A stretch of DNA of 64,000 nt from positions 1 to 64,000 of the IMG/VR virus record IMGVR_UViG_3300030102_007788; one strand, given 5' to 3'. The notes under the pieces were generated by a model, which worked only from the letters and a program-made list of their open reading frames with translations, did no database searches and was not told the DNA's origin. Positions 10,836-21,300 of this stretch are shown here, in pieces. Position 1 is the stretch's first letter; each line of letters opens with the position of its first letter. Position numbers and translations under genes: made by a program. The stretch is from a virus.

Positions 10836-11432
10836 ATGAAGATTGTAGACATAGCTGACGAAATTTACAGAGAACTGGCTGAGCCATCTTCTCTTTCTAT
10901 CCCTGCGATTTCCTTCTGGATCCGCAGTAATGTTGGTGAATTAAATAATAGGCTTAACACTGCGTTTAAGATTTACGACCACGGAACAGAGGCCTATGAA
11001 TTCTCTGGCAGTTTTGATAACTCAGAATACGTCCCTCAAGCTTTTAACGAAGCTACAGGCGCTGTAGGTCTTGGTGATCCAGCTTCTGTTACTATTGAAG
11101 CTGAGGAAGCGTCCATATTGAAAAAAATGTATTTTGTGCATTATTACGATAAGCAGATACGTAGTACAATTGGCGCCGCTTCAACCGATCCCGTAGTGGA
11201 AGTCGCATCTGACGGATCAAGAGTCAGAAAAATTAACAAAAACGAGTTAAGTAAAACATACCTAGCTTTGAAGAAAGAAGAGTATATGGAGCTAACTGAT
11301 TTAATTAATGCTTACAAGCTTAGAAAAGCTTCTCCAGTTCAAGTTGCTGGGGACGATACTGTAAGGGGAGAATTCGCAAATAATAATGACGGTTATCCTT
11401 ACAATAGGGTTCCGTATAGTATAGGGGTATAA
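10836..11432 (+). CDS. Putative head-tail adaptor/neck protein
   Basis: First gene of a coupled block upstream of the tube genes, predicted helical. Function is inferred from synteny only. Confidence 0.5.
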   Translation: MKIVDIADEIYRELAEPSSLSIPAISFWIRSNVGELNNRLNTAFKIYDHGTEAYEFSGSFDNSEYVPQAFNEATGAVGLGDPASVTIEAEEASILKKMYFVHYYDKQIRSTIGAASTDPVVEVASDGSRVRKINKNELSKTYLALKKEEYMELTDLINAYKLRKASPVQVAGDDTVRGEFANNNDGYPYNRVPYSIGV

Positions 11433-11869
11433 TGGCGTCTTTAATTCCATCATCTGCGTTAGCAGGACTGCAAGCAGCCCTGTCTGATCATTTTGACACT
11501 TTTAAAGGTACTATAATTGTCAATAAAGAACCTAAAAAAACTGTTACATTAACCGCAGACCAAAACATCTATGCTGGTTATGGAGCGCCGAAAACTCAAA
11601 CTACCTATACCCCAGTTAATCAGTCCTTCAGTGCGATTATTAACTATAAAGAGAATCAGCCTTTAGAATATCAAGACGAGTTAAAGGTTATGATAGAAAA
11701 AGGGGACGTTAGGATTAAAGTAGAGCTGGATTGTAAAAATTATATCGATAAAGGAAAAACCGAGTCGATTGAAATAAACGGAAGTCTTTTTAACGTAGTT
11801 AGCTCTGACGGCGCTAGATTTTTTGTAGGGCAGACCTACTATGTTTACTATTTGGAGGCGACGACTTAA
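11432..11869 (+). CDS. Putative head-closure (stopper) protein
   Basis: 145 aa, beta-rich pattern (...SIEINGSLFNVVS...YYVYYLE), canonical position, TAATG coupling. Confidence 0.5.
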   Translation: MASLIPSSALAGLQAALSDHFDTFKGTIIVNKEPKKTVTLTADQNIYAGYGAPKTQTTYTPVNQSFSAIINYKENQPLEYQDELKVMIEKGDVRIKVELDCKNYIDKGKTESIEINGSLFNVVSSDGARFFVGQTYYVYYLEATT

Positions 11870-12492
11870 TGGCAAAGAGAGGTCAGTTGGACATGAACAG
11901 ACTGCTTAAGCAGATTTCTGTTGAAGTTCCTAAGAATTTAGAAAAGTTCGCCAACAGGGAAGCTAGAAAAAAAGCTGATGCTATAAAAAAAGAGGTGTTG
12001 CGAGAATTTGACCGGCACGAAGTCACAAAAGAAATAAAAAAGGGGCCTAAGGGAACCGGTAGCACATTGCTTGGTGGGAGAGGGAACTTCTACGGGTTTT
12101 TGGGTTTTGAAAAAGGCTCACAACCCGTGGCTATTTTAAGGGACGCTTTAGAAAACTCTTTTACCTTAACGAGTAAGAAAGGAAGAGTGGTCAGGGTAAG
12201 TAAAACTACTTTTAAAGTCGAGTTTGATATAAGAGTGCCAAGCAAAATGGAAATTTACTCAGTTACCCCATTACCTTGGACTACAAAAAGTTGGGTTCAG
12301 GGTGTGGAAAAAGGTATAACAAATTATAGTCAGACAGTATTTCAACCAAGAAAAGGTTCTGGCTTTTTGTACGATAAATATAGCAGGTCAGGAGTAGCGC
12401 TACAGACTCAACGACAGATTAATTTTATTAAATTTAGTCCTACTCCTTATATAATTAATATACTGGATAAAGCAAAAAATAAACTAAAATGA
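11869..12492 (+). CDS. Putative neck/tail-completion protein
   Basis: Basic 207-aa protein between the stopper and terminator positions, translationally coupled. Confidence 0.45.
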   Translation: MAKRGQLDMNRLLKQISVEVPKNLEKFANREARKKADAIKKEVLREFDRHEVTKEIKKGPKGTGSTLLGGRGNFYGFLGFEKGSQPVAILRDALENSFTLTSKKGRVVRVSKTTFKVEFDIRVPSKMEIYSVTPLPWTTKSWVQGVEKGITNYSQTVFQPRKGSGFLYDKYSRSGVALQTQRQINFIKFSPTPYIINILDKAKNKLK

Positions 12493-13349
12493 AGGCACAA
12501 TTTGACAACCAAGTACTATCTAGCTTTTTGCTGTGGTTTGACCATACTCTTCTAAACGTTGGGGAGGCTTATCAAAACACTACAGGTCAGTTCTATAACG
12601 TGTCTCAAGAGTTTGCTGGATATCAAACATATGCGAGTTCTTACTCTCAAATCGTTTCTGACGCTTCAATTACTGGCGCGACTATACCCACGGGTCTATA
12701 TGTAGGAAGTAATTTGGTCAATGTTGGCCAAGGCGCTGGAACTGGTTTGTATGCTATTGATTATAACAATGGTCGCTCCTACTGGTCAGGAGAGCAGGGC
12801 GGGGATGTGACCGGAAGCTTCGCTATAAAAGACTTTAACACTTTTCTCACAAACCGTACAGAAGACGAGATTTTATTCCAAAGTCAGTATACAAATAGAA
12901 ACAAAATATCAAATGTTGTTCCGACGGGACTCGAGCCTGATACAAAAACATACCCCGTTGTTTACATAAAAAATGACGGAAGCACTAACGACCCTTTTGC
13001 TTTTGGCGGTCAAGATAGCACGGTTATAGATATTCGAGCTATTGTTATAGCAGATAGTCAGTTTGAAATTGATGCAATTGGGTCACTGTTTAGGGATCAG
13101 GCAAGAAAGTATTTTTCATTATTTGAGGCTTCGGAGATGCCCTTTGACCAATTTGGATACTACAGGAATGGCACTCAATACAATTACAATACAGTAGTTT
13201 CGAGTAAAAACGAAAGCCAGAAATGCTTCTTGGAAGAGGTTAACATTTCGCGATTTGATCGTGTTTTAGAGAATGAAGTTAGGAAATTTAATCCTAATGT
13301 CTATTCTACGTTAATCGATTTTGAGATTAGTAAAGTAAGAATCCCTTAA
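12489..13349 (+). CDS. Putative tail terminator/completion protein
   Basis: Directly upstream of the tube genes. The YPVVYI motif and C-terminal ...LIDFEI strand resemble tail terminators. Confidence 0.45.
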   Translation: MKAQFDNQVLSSFLLWFDHTLLNVGEAYQNTTGQFYNVSQEFAGYQTYASSYSQIVSDASITGATIPTGLYVGSNLVNVGQGAGTGLYAIDYNNGRSYWSGEQGGDVTGSFAIKDFNTFLTNRTEDEILFQSQYTNRNKISNVVPTGLEPDTKTYPVVYIKNDGSTNDPFAFGGQDSTVIDIRAIVIADSQFEIDAIGSLFRDQARKYFSLFEASEMPFDQFGYYRNGTQYNYNTVVSSKNESQKCFLEEVNISRFDRVLENEVRKFNPNVYSTLIDFEISKVRIP

Positions 13350-13423
13350 CAGAGATGATTTTATTTCTCTTTTTGGGCTATTAAATGTAATTTAAAATAA
13401 GAAAACTTGAATAGGAATTAAAC

Positions 13424-14906
13424 TAAAATGGCAAGAACAAGAGTAATTTATCAAGGAGAAGCGCTGTATTGCAGCCAAGATGTAGCGTATAACGTTGCTG
13501 AAACCGGTACCCAAGAAGGGGATGGGGTCACTTCTACTCCTGATAATTTTAACATTAAAGACTTAAACCGCGTTCAAAGCGTTAATTACTCTTTTAATGT
13601 AACTCGTCAAGACGTTAATCAATTTGGAGATTTAGCTGCGATTGATCAATGTATTGTAGAAGCCCCCACTGTTTCCCTTGATGCTTCTTATTATTTGGCT
13701 GACTTTACAAATGAGCATCGCTTGGGTCTTTATGTGACTCAAAGTGGAGAAGGTACAAAATATGGAGGAGCTGCTGATAATCCAGTTGGCGATCAAACGG
13801 TAGAAGCTAGCGGTCTATACAAATCTGCGATTACTAATTTGATAGACAGCACAACAACCGCTTACCAAAAAAATTATTTTATTTTAACTGCTAAAGAAGG
13901 TAAAGATGCTAACCTTAACAGTCCCAGCGGTGTTCCTTTAGCTAATTCTGGTAACTACGAGAGTATTATTGGTATTGGAAATGGATTTTTATCATCTTAT
14001 TCCACAGAAGGTTCTGTTGGTGGAATGCCTACCGTATCAATTGGCGTAGAAGGTCAGAATATGAATTTTGTAAACCTGCCTTACACGCCAGATATAATTA
14101 CAGAAAGTGGTAATATTAAAGCAACTAATCAAGGGTACAGAACTTCAGGCTCCGTTGGGGGCAACGGTATCATAGCTTTAGCAAATTCTTCTTTAATAGG
14201 TCTCTCTGGGGAATCCCCTGCTGTTAATCCTGTAAATGGAACTAAATATGGCCATCCTGTTTGTTTGCCAATTCCTACTGGAAATGCTTCGGGTAAATTC
14301 ATGGGGAGCATATCAACTTTACGCCCCGGAGACATCACCCTTACATTAGCCAAACAAACAGGTGATGCAATAACTTTTGCGGCGACTGGAGAAAATACTT
14401 CTGAACCAACTAATCGTATAACTTCTCCTGATTATGCTGGAGCTAGTATAGCTGACGCTCATATCCAAAGCTATAACATTGGATTTGATTTATCTAGAAC
14501 AGCAATTCAAAAAATGGGTGTTAAATATGCGTTTGCGAGACCGGTAGATTTTCCAATTAACGTAAGTCTTAGCGTAGACGCTATTGTCTCAGATCTTACA
14601 ACTGGTTCTCTAGCTGATATTATTAACTGTGATGATTCTTTTGACGCTAGAGTAACTATGAGAGACCCAAGTTGCGAGACCGATCCCAAGCCAATTGTTT
14701 GTAATTACATTGTTAAGGGATTAAAGTTGGATAGCGAATCCTTTTCGTCAGATATAGGTTCAAATAAAACAGTAACTTTGGACTTCTCAACTCAGATTGG
14801 CGGTCCATCACAGAAAAATAAAGGAATATTTATGAGTGGATCTCATAACATTAATTAAAAAATTTAAAGGATTAATAAAATGGCAAGAACAAGAGTAATT
14901 TATCAA
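13424..14906 (+). repeat. 31-bp identical direct repeat at the 5' ends of the two tube genes (13424-13454 and 14876-14906)
   Basis: taaaatggcaagaacaagagtaatttatcaa is present at both positions. Confidence 0.9.
13428..14858 (+). CDS. Major tail tube protein, paralog 1
   Basis: Upstream of the chaperones and TMP. The beta-rich motif occurs twice (RVQSVNYSFNVTRQDVNQFG and HIQSYNIGFDLSRTAIQKMG). AGGA RBS. Confidence 0.75.
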   Translation: MARTRVIYQGEALYCSQDVAYNVAETGTQEGDGVTSTPDNFNIKDLNRVQSVNYSFNVTRQDVNQFGDLAAIDQCIVEAPTVSLDASYYLADFTNEHRLGLYVTQSGEGTKYGGAADNPVGDQTVEASGLYKSAITNLIDSTTTAYQKNYFILTAKEGKDANLNSPSGVPLANSGNYESIIGIGNGFLSSYSTEGSVGGMPTVSIGVEGQNMNFVNLPYTPDIITESGNIKATNQGYRTSGSVGGNGIIALANSSLIGLSGESPAVNPVNGTKYGHPVCLPIPTGNASGKFMGSISTLRPGDITLTLAKQTGDAITFAATGENTSEPTNRITSPDYAGASIADAHIQSYNIGFDLSRTAIQKMGVKYAFARPVDFPINVSLSVDAIVSDLTTGSLADIINCDDSFDARVTMRDPSCETDPKPIVCNYIVKGLKLDSESFSSDIGSNKTVTLDFSTQIGGPSQKNKGIFMSGSHNIN

Positions 14907-16151
14907 AGTGAAGCGGTTTACTGCAGTCAAGACGTAGCTTTTGACGCGGAACAAAGAGGAGCCGGAGCTATCAAGCAGTTGAGTAGGGTGCAAAGCGCCA
15001 ACTATTCATTTTCTGTAGCTCGTCAGGACGTTAATCAATTTGGCAATCTTGCTGCAATTGACCAAATCGTTACGGAAAGCCCTACAGTTTCATTCGACAC
15101 TAGCTATTATTTAGCTAATTTTAGCAATGAAGCTCGTTTAGGTTTTAATGTGCTGCAAAGTGGCGTAATAGCTACTGGGTATACTTCATGTATTGGTGAT
15201 ATTATTGATAGTACTAGTAATGCTTATCAAAAAGATTACTACATGCTAACCACTAAGGAAGGTAAGGACGCTAATGAAAATGTAACTACCGGAGACTTTA
15301 GCTACGGCGCAAGCATTATTGGTATTGGCAATGCATTTTTAAGTTCTTACAGTACTGAAGGAGCTGTTGGTGGATTACCTACTGTTTCTGTCAGTGTTGA
15401 AGGGCAAAACATGAATTTTGTAAATTTGCCCTATGCTCCAACTGGAGGTAACTTTGTTGGGGCTGGGCAAGTTGTTGCAGGAGGAAATACGGTTAGAATT
15501 TCCGGAGAAAACCCTGCTGTAAGCGCTACAGATGGTGAAAAAATTGCTTTACCTATCGAGCTGCCAGTGCCAAAAACAAACTCGAATTCAGCCGCGGGGA
15601 ACGAAATTACTACATTGCGTCCCGGCGATATTACCTTAAGCTTAGCGAAGCAAACAGCAACAAGTAACACTGCTGCAACTCTTTTTAAAAGCACAGATGC
15701 TGGAAATAATATGGCTAGCCCGGATTATGCAGGTGCTTCTATTAGCGATGCTCATATTCAAAGCTATACTTTAAGTTTTGATTTGAGTAGATCTCCTATT
15801 CAAAAGTTAGGCAATAGATTTGCTTTTGCTCGGACTGTTGATTTTCCAATCACTGTAAGCTTGAGTGTTGATGCTGTCCTTTCAGACTTAACAAGTGGAT
15901 CTCTTGCTGACATTATTAATTGCGACGATAAGTTTGACGCTAGAATTAGTATTAAAGAGCCAGAGTGTGCCCCCGGCGCTGTTAAGCATGTAGCATTAAA
16001 TTATCTGCTAAAAGGAATGAAGTTGGATAGTCAGTCTTTTTCCTCTGATATTGGTTCTAATAAATCTGTAACATTAGATTTTAGTTCTCAGATTGGCGGT
16101 CCGGATCAGTTTGAACACGGAGTCTTTATGAGCGGTTTTCATAACCCTTAA
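14880..16151 (+). CDS. Major tail tube protein, paralog 2
   Basis: Co-linear homolog of 13428..14858 (MARTRVIYQ, EGQNMNFVNLPY, LRPGDITL, SLADIINCDD, FSSDIGSNK), followed by a terminator. Confidence 0.75.
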   Translation: MARTRVIYQSEAVYCSQDVAFDAEQRGAGAIKQLSRVQSANYSFSVARQDVNQFGNLAAIDQIVTESPTVSFDTSYYLANFSNEARLGFNVLQSGVIATGYTSCIGDIIDSTSNAYQKDYYMLTTKEGKDANENVTTGDFSYGASIIGIGNAFLSSYSTEGAVGGLPTVSVSVEGQNMNFVNLPYAPTGGNFVGAGQVVAGGNTVRISGENPAVSATDGEKIALPIELPVPKTNSNSAAGNEITTLRPGDITLSLAKQTATSNTAATLFKSTDAGNNMASPDYAGASISDAHIQSYTLSFDLSRSPIQKLGNRFAFARTVDFPITVSLSVDAVLSDLTSGSLADIINCDDKFDARISIKEPECAPGAVKHVALNYLLKGMKLDSQSFSSDIGSNKSVTLDFSSQIGGPDQFEHGVFMSGFHNP

Positions 16152-16172
16152 GATAATTAAAAAAATTCACAG

Positions 16173-16199
16173 AGCCCCTCTTATGAGGGGCTTTTTTTT
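16173..16199 (+). terminator. Intrinsic terminator after the tail tube genes
   Basis: AGCCCCTC-ttat-GAGGGGCT followed by a T-run. Confidence 0.9.
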
Positions 16200-16241
16200 G
16201 TACTTTTATGTATTTTTACTGTAAGATATAAGGTATAAGGC

Positions 16242-16496
16242 ATGTCTAAGGAAGAAGGACCGGATAGGGATATTATCAATAATTTTTTTGCGTTTCAAAC
16301 AAAGCGGAAAATTACAAACCTGTATAAACAATTCTTTTTTATACTAGAAGACCTCCAAGCTGATGGGATAAAAATCCCTGAAGAAAAACATCAAAGAATC
16401 CGAAAAAAAATACTAGATTTAGGCAACGATACTATTCGTGAGCTGGAGGATTATTTTGATAAATTCATTGAATATAACAATAATAAACAAAAATGA
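16242..16496 (+). CDS. Hypothetical protein (84 aa, helical)
   Basis: AAGG RBS, CTGTAA motif upstream, ATGA overlap with the next gene. Confidence 0.7.
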   Translation: MSKEEGPDRDIINNFFAFQTKRKITNLYKQFFFILEDLQADGIKIPEEKHQRIRKKILDLGNDTIRELEDYFDKFIEYNNNKQK

Positions 16497-17287
16497 AACG
16501 TATATACGAATTTACTGTCGATAGAGAAGAAATTGTTAAAGAGGAGACCGTTAAAAAAGAAAAAGATGGTACTGAGGTAACAACTTCAAAAGACGTAAAG
16601 AAAAGCGTACCTAAGAAGTATTTTTTACGACGCCCAACTCGCGCTATGACTGACGAAGCGGAGTTATATTATGGCGTTAAATTAGCCGAAGGAATTAAGG
16701 CTGGACTCCTGACCAAGGCGTTGCTTGAAAAACGCTTTGACAACGACGGAGGGACTCGTAATGACCAAGAAAATAAACAATATAAAGAAACTTTAAGTAC
16801 TTTAGAGCAGCTTCATAAAGAGCAAACTAAAATTTTAAATGTAGAAGACAAAAAAAGAACAGCGGCTCAGAAAAAAAGACTAAAAGAGTTGGAAGAGGAA
16901 ATGAAGCCAGCTAGGAGGACTCTTCGCGACCTTCAATTGATGGAGGATGGTCTGTATGAGGAAACCGCAGAAAGCCGCGCTAGAAACAAAGTAATTTTAT
17001 GGTGGATGCTTCACCTAGCTTATGCAGAAAAGGGCGATAAAGAAGCTCCCTTTTTTGGCGAAGGGTCGTTTGACGATAGAATCGAAAGGTACGACGAAAT
17101 TGACGAAGGTGAAGACATTCATGATCTTGTTGTAGCTAGAAAAGTTGCTTATTATGTGAGTTTTTGGTTTGTGGGAAGACCCAACAGTCAAAAAGAGTTT
17201 CAAGAGATGATTGACTTAGCTCTAAAGCTTGACGAAGAAGAAACCAAAGCCGCAGAAGAAGAAGCTAAGAAAGCGGAGAAGTCGTAA
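16493..17287 (+). CDS. Putative tail assembly chaperone 1
   Basis: Charged helical/coiled-coil protein between the tube genes and TMP. Confidence 0.55.
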   Translation: MKRIYEFTVDREEIVKEETVKKEKDGTEVTTSKDVKKSVPKKYFLRRPTRAMTDEAELYYGVKLAEGIKAGLLTKALLEKRFDNDGGTRNDQENKQYKETLSTLEQLHKEQTKILNVEDKKRTAAQKKRLKELEEEMKPARRTLRDLQLMEDGLYEETAESRARNKVILWWMLHLAYAEKGDKEAPFFGEGSFDDRIERYDEIDEGEDIHDLVVARKVAYYVSFWFVGRPNSQKEFQEMIDLALKLDEEETKAAEEEAKKAEKS

Positions 17288-17290
17288 AGT

Positions 17291-18286
17291 GTGGAAGATG
17301 CCAGTTTAAAGGTCATTTTTTCTGAAATTCTTAGAGGGTTTACTCTTGTGGATTCTCAATCTCATGGAAAAATAAGAATTAAACACTTCACTAATTTTGA
17401 CTCAGCAGAACTGGATATAAAAAACAAATTATTTCTTGATAAAGCTATAAATCAAGGGCTTCCAACGCGAAAAGATCGAGTTGATTACCTATTAAAAGAA
17501 AATATTTGGACGGAGGATAAGAATAAAGAAATCCTTCAGTCTAAAAGCATGTTAGCGGGGTTAAAAAACTCCAAATCTAAAGTTTTTCTTAAAGTTCATA
17601 TTGATAATATCAATGAACAAATGAAAAAAGAACAGCTTAAGCTAGCAAAACTTGAAACCGAAAAAGAGGAGTTAATAGGTTTCTGTGCTGAGAATTATGC
17701 CTCCCGCCGAATCAATGAGTTTTACATGTTTAACGCTATCTTAGGCCCTGATGGTGACAAACTTTTTAAAACCGATGATTTTGAAGACTTAGAAGAAGAT
17801 GAGTTAGTCGAACTGATAGGAATATACAATAAAAGTACTCACAAGTTTGGTTCAGACAACTTAAAAAAAATATCTCTTTCAGGGTTCTTCACTAATTTAT
17901 TTTATCTTTGTAAGGATAACGCTTTTACTTTTTTTGGCAAACCTCTCGTCCAATTAACCTTTTACCAAATAGAACTTTTTGGATATGGGAGGTATTACAA
18001 AAGTCTAATGGAAAATTCTGAGACTAAAGTCCCAGATGATGTAAAGGAAGATCCCGAAAAGCTTGTAGAATGGTTTGACTCTACTAAAAGCGCGAGAGAA
18101 ACCCTTGAAAAGTCTAAAAACGCGGGTCAGGACGGTAGTGCTACTTCTTTGGTGGGAGCTACAAAAGAGGACCTTCAAAGACTTGGGTTGGATAATCCAG
18201 ATGAGACTATAAACCTCGCCAAAAAAGCCGCAGAAAAGGGAGGCAGGCTTAATATGGAAGATATGATGAAACTTCACGGAATGTAA
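17291..18286 (+). CDS. Putative tail assembly chaperone 2 (apparent paralog of the preceding gene)
   Basis: Directly upstream of TMP, GTG start, shares motifs with 16493..17287. Confidence 0.55.
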   Translation: MEDASLKVIFSEILRGFTLVDSQSHGKIRIKHFTNFDSAELDIKNKLFLDKAINQGLPTRKDRVDYLLKENIWTEDKNKEILQSKSMLAGLKNSKSKVFLKVHIDNINEQMKKEQLKLAKLETEKEELIGFCAENYASRRINEFYMFNAILGPDGDKLFKTDDFEDLEEDELVELIGIYNKSTHKFGSDNLKKISLSGFFTNLFYLCKDNAFTFFGKPLVQLTFYQIELFGYGRYYKSLMENSETKVPDDVKEDPEKLVEWFDSTKSARETLEKSKNAGQDGSATSLVGATKEDLQRLGLDNPDETINLAKKAAEKGGRLNMEDMMKLHGM

Positions 18287-18287
18287 C

Positions 18288-18306
18288 GTAAAAATAGTGT
18301 AATATC
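18288..18306 (+). promoter_or_regulatory. Putative late promoter (GTGTAA core), identical 19-mer to 35959-35977
   Basis: gtaaaaatagtgtaatatc ends 10 nt upstream of the TMP ATG. The same 19-mer has the same spacing before 35988. Confidence 0.7.
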
Positions 18307-18316
18307 CCTTAGGAAT

Positions 18317-21300
18317 ATGGCTAGGGATAAAATAGAAGTCGATTTATTATTAAACGCCAAGAGAGCGGAAGCCACGATTAAGAAAATGAATCGTGAGCTC
18401 GATAAAATGGGTAAAACCATGAGTCGGGCTTTTAGTGGAGGTCCCGGTGCTGGCGGTGATAAAGTTAGAGCCCTTGGCACTGGCTTGTCAAAAGCTACTG
18501 TTCGTGCCGACGAGTTCACTAAATCCCTAGAAGCTTCTAATGCTCGTGTTATAGCTTTTGGCGCGTCAGCGGGTCTTATAATGAACGTTGAGAAGGCTAT
18601 GAGGGCTATGGTAGTGTCCGCTATCAAAGTCGAAAAAGCAATGGCCGATGTAAATGTGGTCATGAACGTATCCACCAAAAGGTTGGAGCAGTTCGGAAAG
18701 GGCATGTTTAAGGTTGCTAAAGACACTGCACAAAATTTCGATACAGTAGCAGAAGCAGCGACAGAGCTTGCTCGTCAAGGTTTAGGAATGGAAAAGACTT
18801 TGATGAGAACAAAAGATGCTCTCATCCTTACCCGACTGACAGGTATGAACGCAGCGGATTCTGTTAAGTCTTTGACTGCTGCTGTAAACTCTTTCAATAA
18901 AGCCGGAGTCACCTCTACCCAAGTTATCAATAAAATGGCAAAAGTTGACGCTGCCTTTGCTGTTAGTTCAGAAGATTTAGCAAAATCCATTTCCCGAGTT
19001 GGTTCTTCTGCTGTTGACGCGGGAGTAAGCTTAGATCAGTTACTAGCAATTACTACGGCAGTGCAGCAAAAAACTGCACGAGGTGGTGCTGTAATTGGTA
19101 ACGCATTTAAAACTATCTTTACGCGCATTCAGCGTACTGACGTTCAGCAAAAATTAGCTAATATAGGTGTTGCTACTCAAGACATGCAAGGAAACATGTT
19201 GGACGCAGTTACCGTGTTAAGAAATCTAGCCGGAGAATTTCAGAATTTAAGTAAGCAACAACAAGCTAACATAGCAGAAAACGTAGCTGGAGTTTTCCAA
19301 GTTAACGTTTTAAGAGCTGCTTTGTCAGATTTAAGTTCAGAATATTCTAACTACGGAAGAGCTTTAAACACCGCTAGTACCGCTACTACAGAAGCCTATC
19401 AAAGAAACGAGCAGTTAAATAAAAGTTTAGACGCGTTAGTAAACAGAACGCTGGCTAATTTAACACAAGCTGGAGCAGCTTTAGGTGGAGATTTATTTGG
19501 GCCAACAATTGAAAAGATTTTAGGTTTAGTAAATACAACTATTGACTCCTTTGGCAAAGGGGGTGCCATGGAAGGGTTTGGTCAGACTATAGGTAAAGGT
19601 TTGATCAAGGGGATTGGAAGTTTTATATCAGGCCCCGGCTTGGTTTTAGCAACTGCAGTGTTTGGTAAGCTAGCTTTGAGTTTGGGTAAATTTGCCTCAC
19701 AGGCTTTAAAAGATATTGTAGGGCTCAATACTGCAACTAAACAAAGAGCGGCGTTAGAGGAGGTTGTAGTCGCTACCATAGCTAAAGAGCCAGCTCTTTT
19801 ACAAAGAGTAAAAGCGGGAACGTTGGATGTCCTAACTGTCGAAAAACAAATTTTAAATACGATAAGACAACAGCAGGCAGAGAGAAAAGCTTTATCAGGT
19901 TACGGAGGAGCTTTAGCTACATCTATGTATGGGAGAGGGGCTCGAGTTGGATCAAGTGGTAGAGCTTTTATGAGAGGTGGCCCCGGGGCCGCTGGTGGAT
20001 TTGTCCCTAACTTTGCTAACCCAAATACTGAGAGAGCCGCGGCAGCTGCCGGAGGATATACTGCGGGAGCCATTAAGACGATGAGACAGCCCGGGGCTGG
20101 CACTATGATGTATAATTCTGCCGAGACCGTTAGGCAGTTTCCGGGGATGGCTCAGAAAGCTATCATGCCACCAAAGGGAAGCCCTGCTGGAGCTGCTTAC
20201 AAATCAGCTTTCGGCGCAGCACACGGTTTTAACCCTTACGCTGCTGGTGGATTTGTACCTAATTTCGCTCCAAAATCTAGCCCTTGGGCTACCGTTAGTA
20301 GAAAAAGAGGCATCGGAAACAAAGAAGCCACTTATACGATTCCGGCGAATGATATAGGAGTATTGTTAGGTTATGACGAAAAAAGAACGACTACCTTTGA
20401 TGCTCCAGCAAATGTTGCGAGTTTAGCTGGCTTAAGGAATACCCCTATAGGTAAAAAGCTTGCTAAAGACAAAGCGCGTGTCGTCCTAAGAGGCATAAGA
20501 GCAAAAAGTTTTCAATCTCCTAGTGCAGATGCGACTGCGGAACAGTTGTTTGCAAATGATTTAGACTTGAATTTGAAAAAGGGTATGTCCGGTCTCTCTA
20601 AAACCATGATGAGAAAAATGGGGATAGAGGGCATGCCCGGAAGAATGGGTCGTTTAGACCCCGGAACTGAGGGGGGCATTTTTGAAGAGGCTATGCGTAT
20701 GTCGATGAAAGCAGCGCAAGCCACTCCCGGGGCTGCTTTTGATTTCGAAGCAGGCGGAAAACCAACTGACGCGATGTCTAGAATTTTTGGTGTTCCTATC
20801 ACTCGTATAGATGCTAAAAGAAGACTTGAGGCAGCTAAGGGTGGGGAAATGCCTAAGAAATACTTTAATGATCCTGTGACTAAGAAAACTGGAATAAAAT
20901 TACTAACAGATCTTGCGGCAGGTAAATATGGACAATTTACAAAAAGCGCTGCAGCTGGCTTTGTTCCTAACTTTAGCCCTCTTTCTAATTCCATAGGAAG
21001 AGAAATGGCGGCAGGAGTTCCTGCTTCTGCAATTAGAGTGGGTTCTAGCTCATCTCTTCGTGGGCCGGGAAATCCTCGTGGCCTTGGAGTTTACAATACT
21101 ATAGATGAGCCAATGGGTTTGAATCAGGGTATTCGTCGATCAAGGAATATGGGTATTAATCCTCGCGGGCATGGTGCTGCTGAGGGTTTTGTGCCTAACT
21201 TTATGGTGCCTACGCGTATCCTTAATCAACCAAGACCTTTGGGACCTTACCGTCCTGCACAAAAGAAAGTTGATAAAGCAACTACCGAAACTGCAGAAAA

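Noticed and set aside
13428-16151. Contractile sheath or extracellular contractile injection system
   Set aside because: No sheath or baseplate-wedge motifs were seen. The lambda-type M/L/K/I/J tip and long TMP indicate a non-contractile tail.
17270-17295. Programmed -1 frameshift between the chaperone genes
   Set aside because: The two ORFs are in the same frame separated by TAA, and there is no convincing slippery heptamer at the junction.
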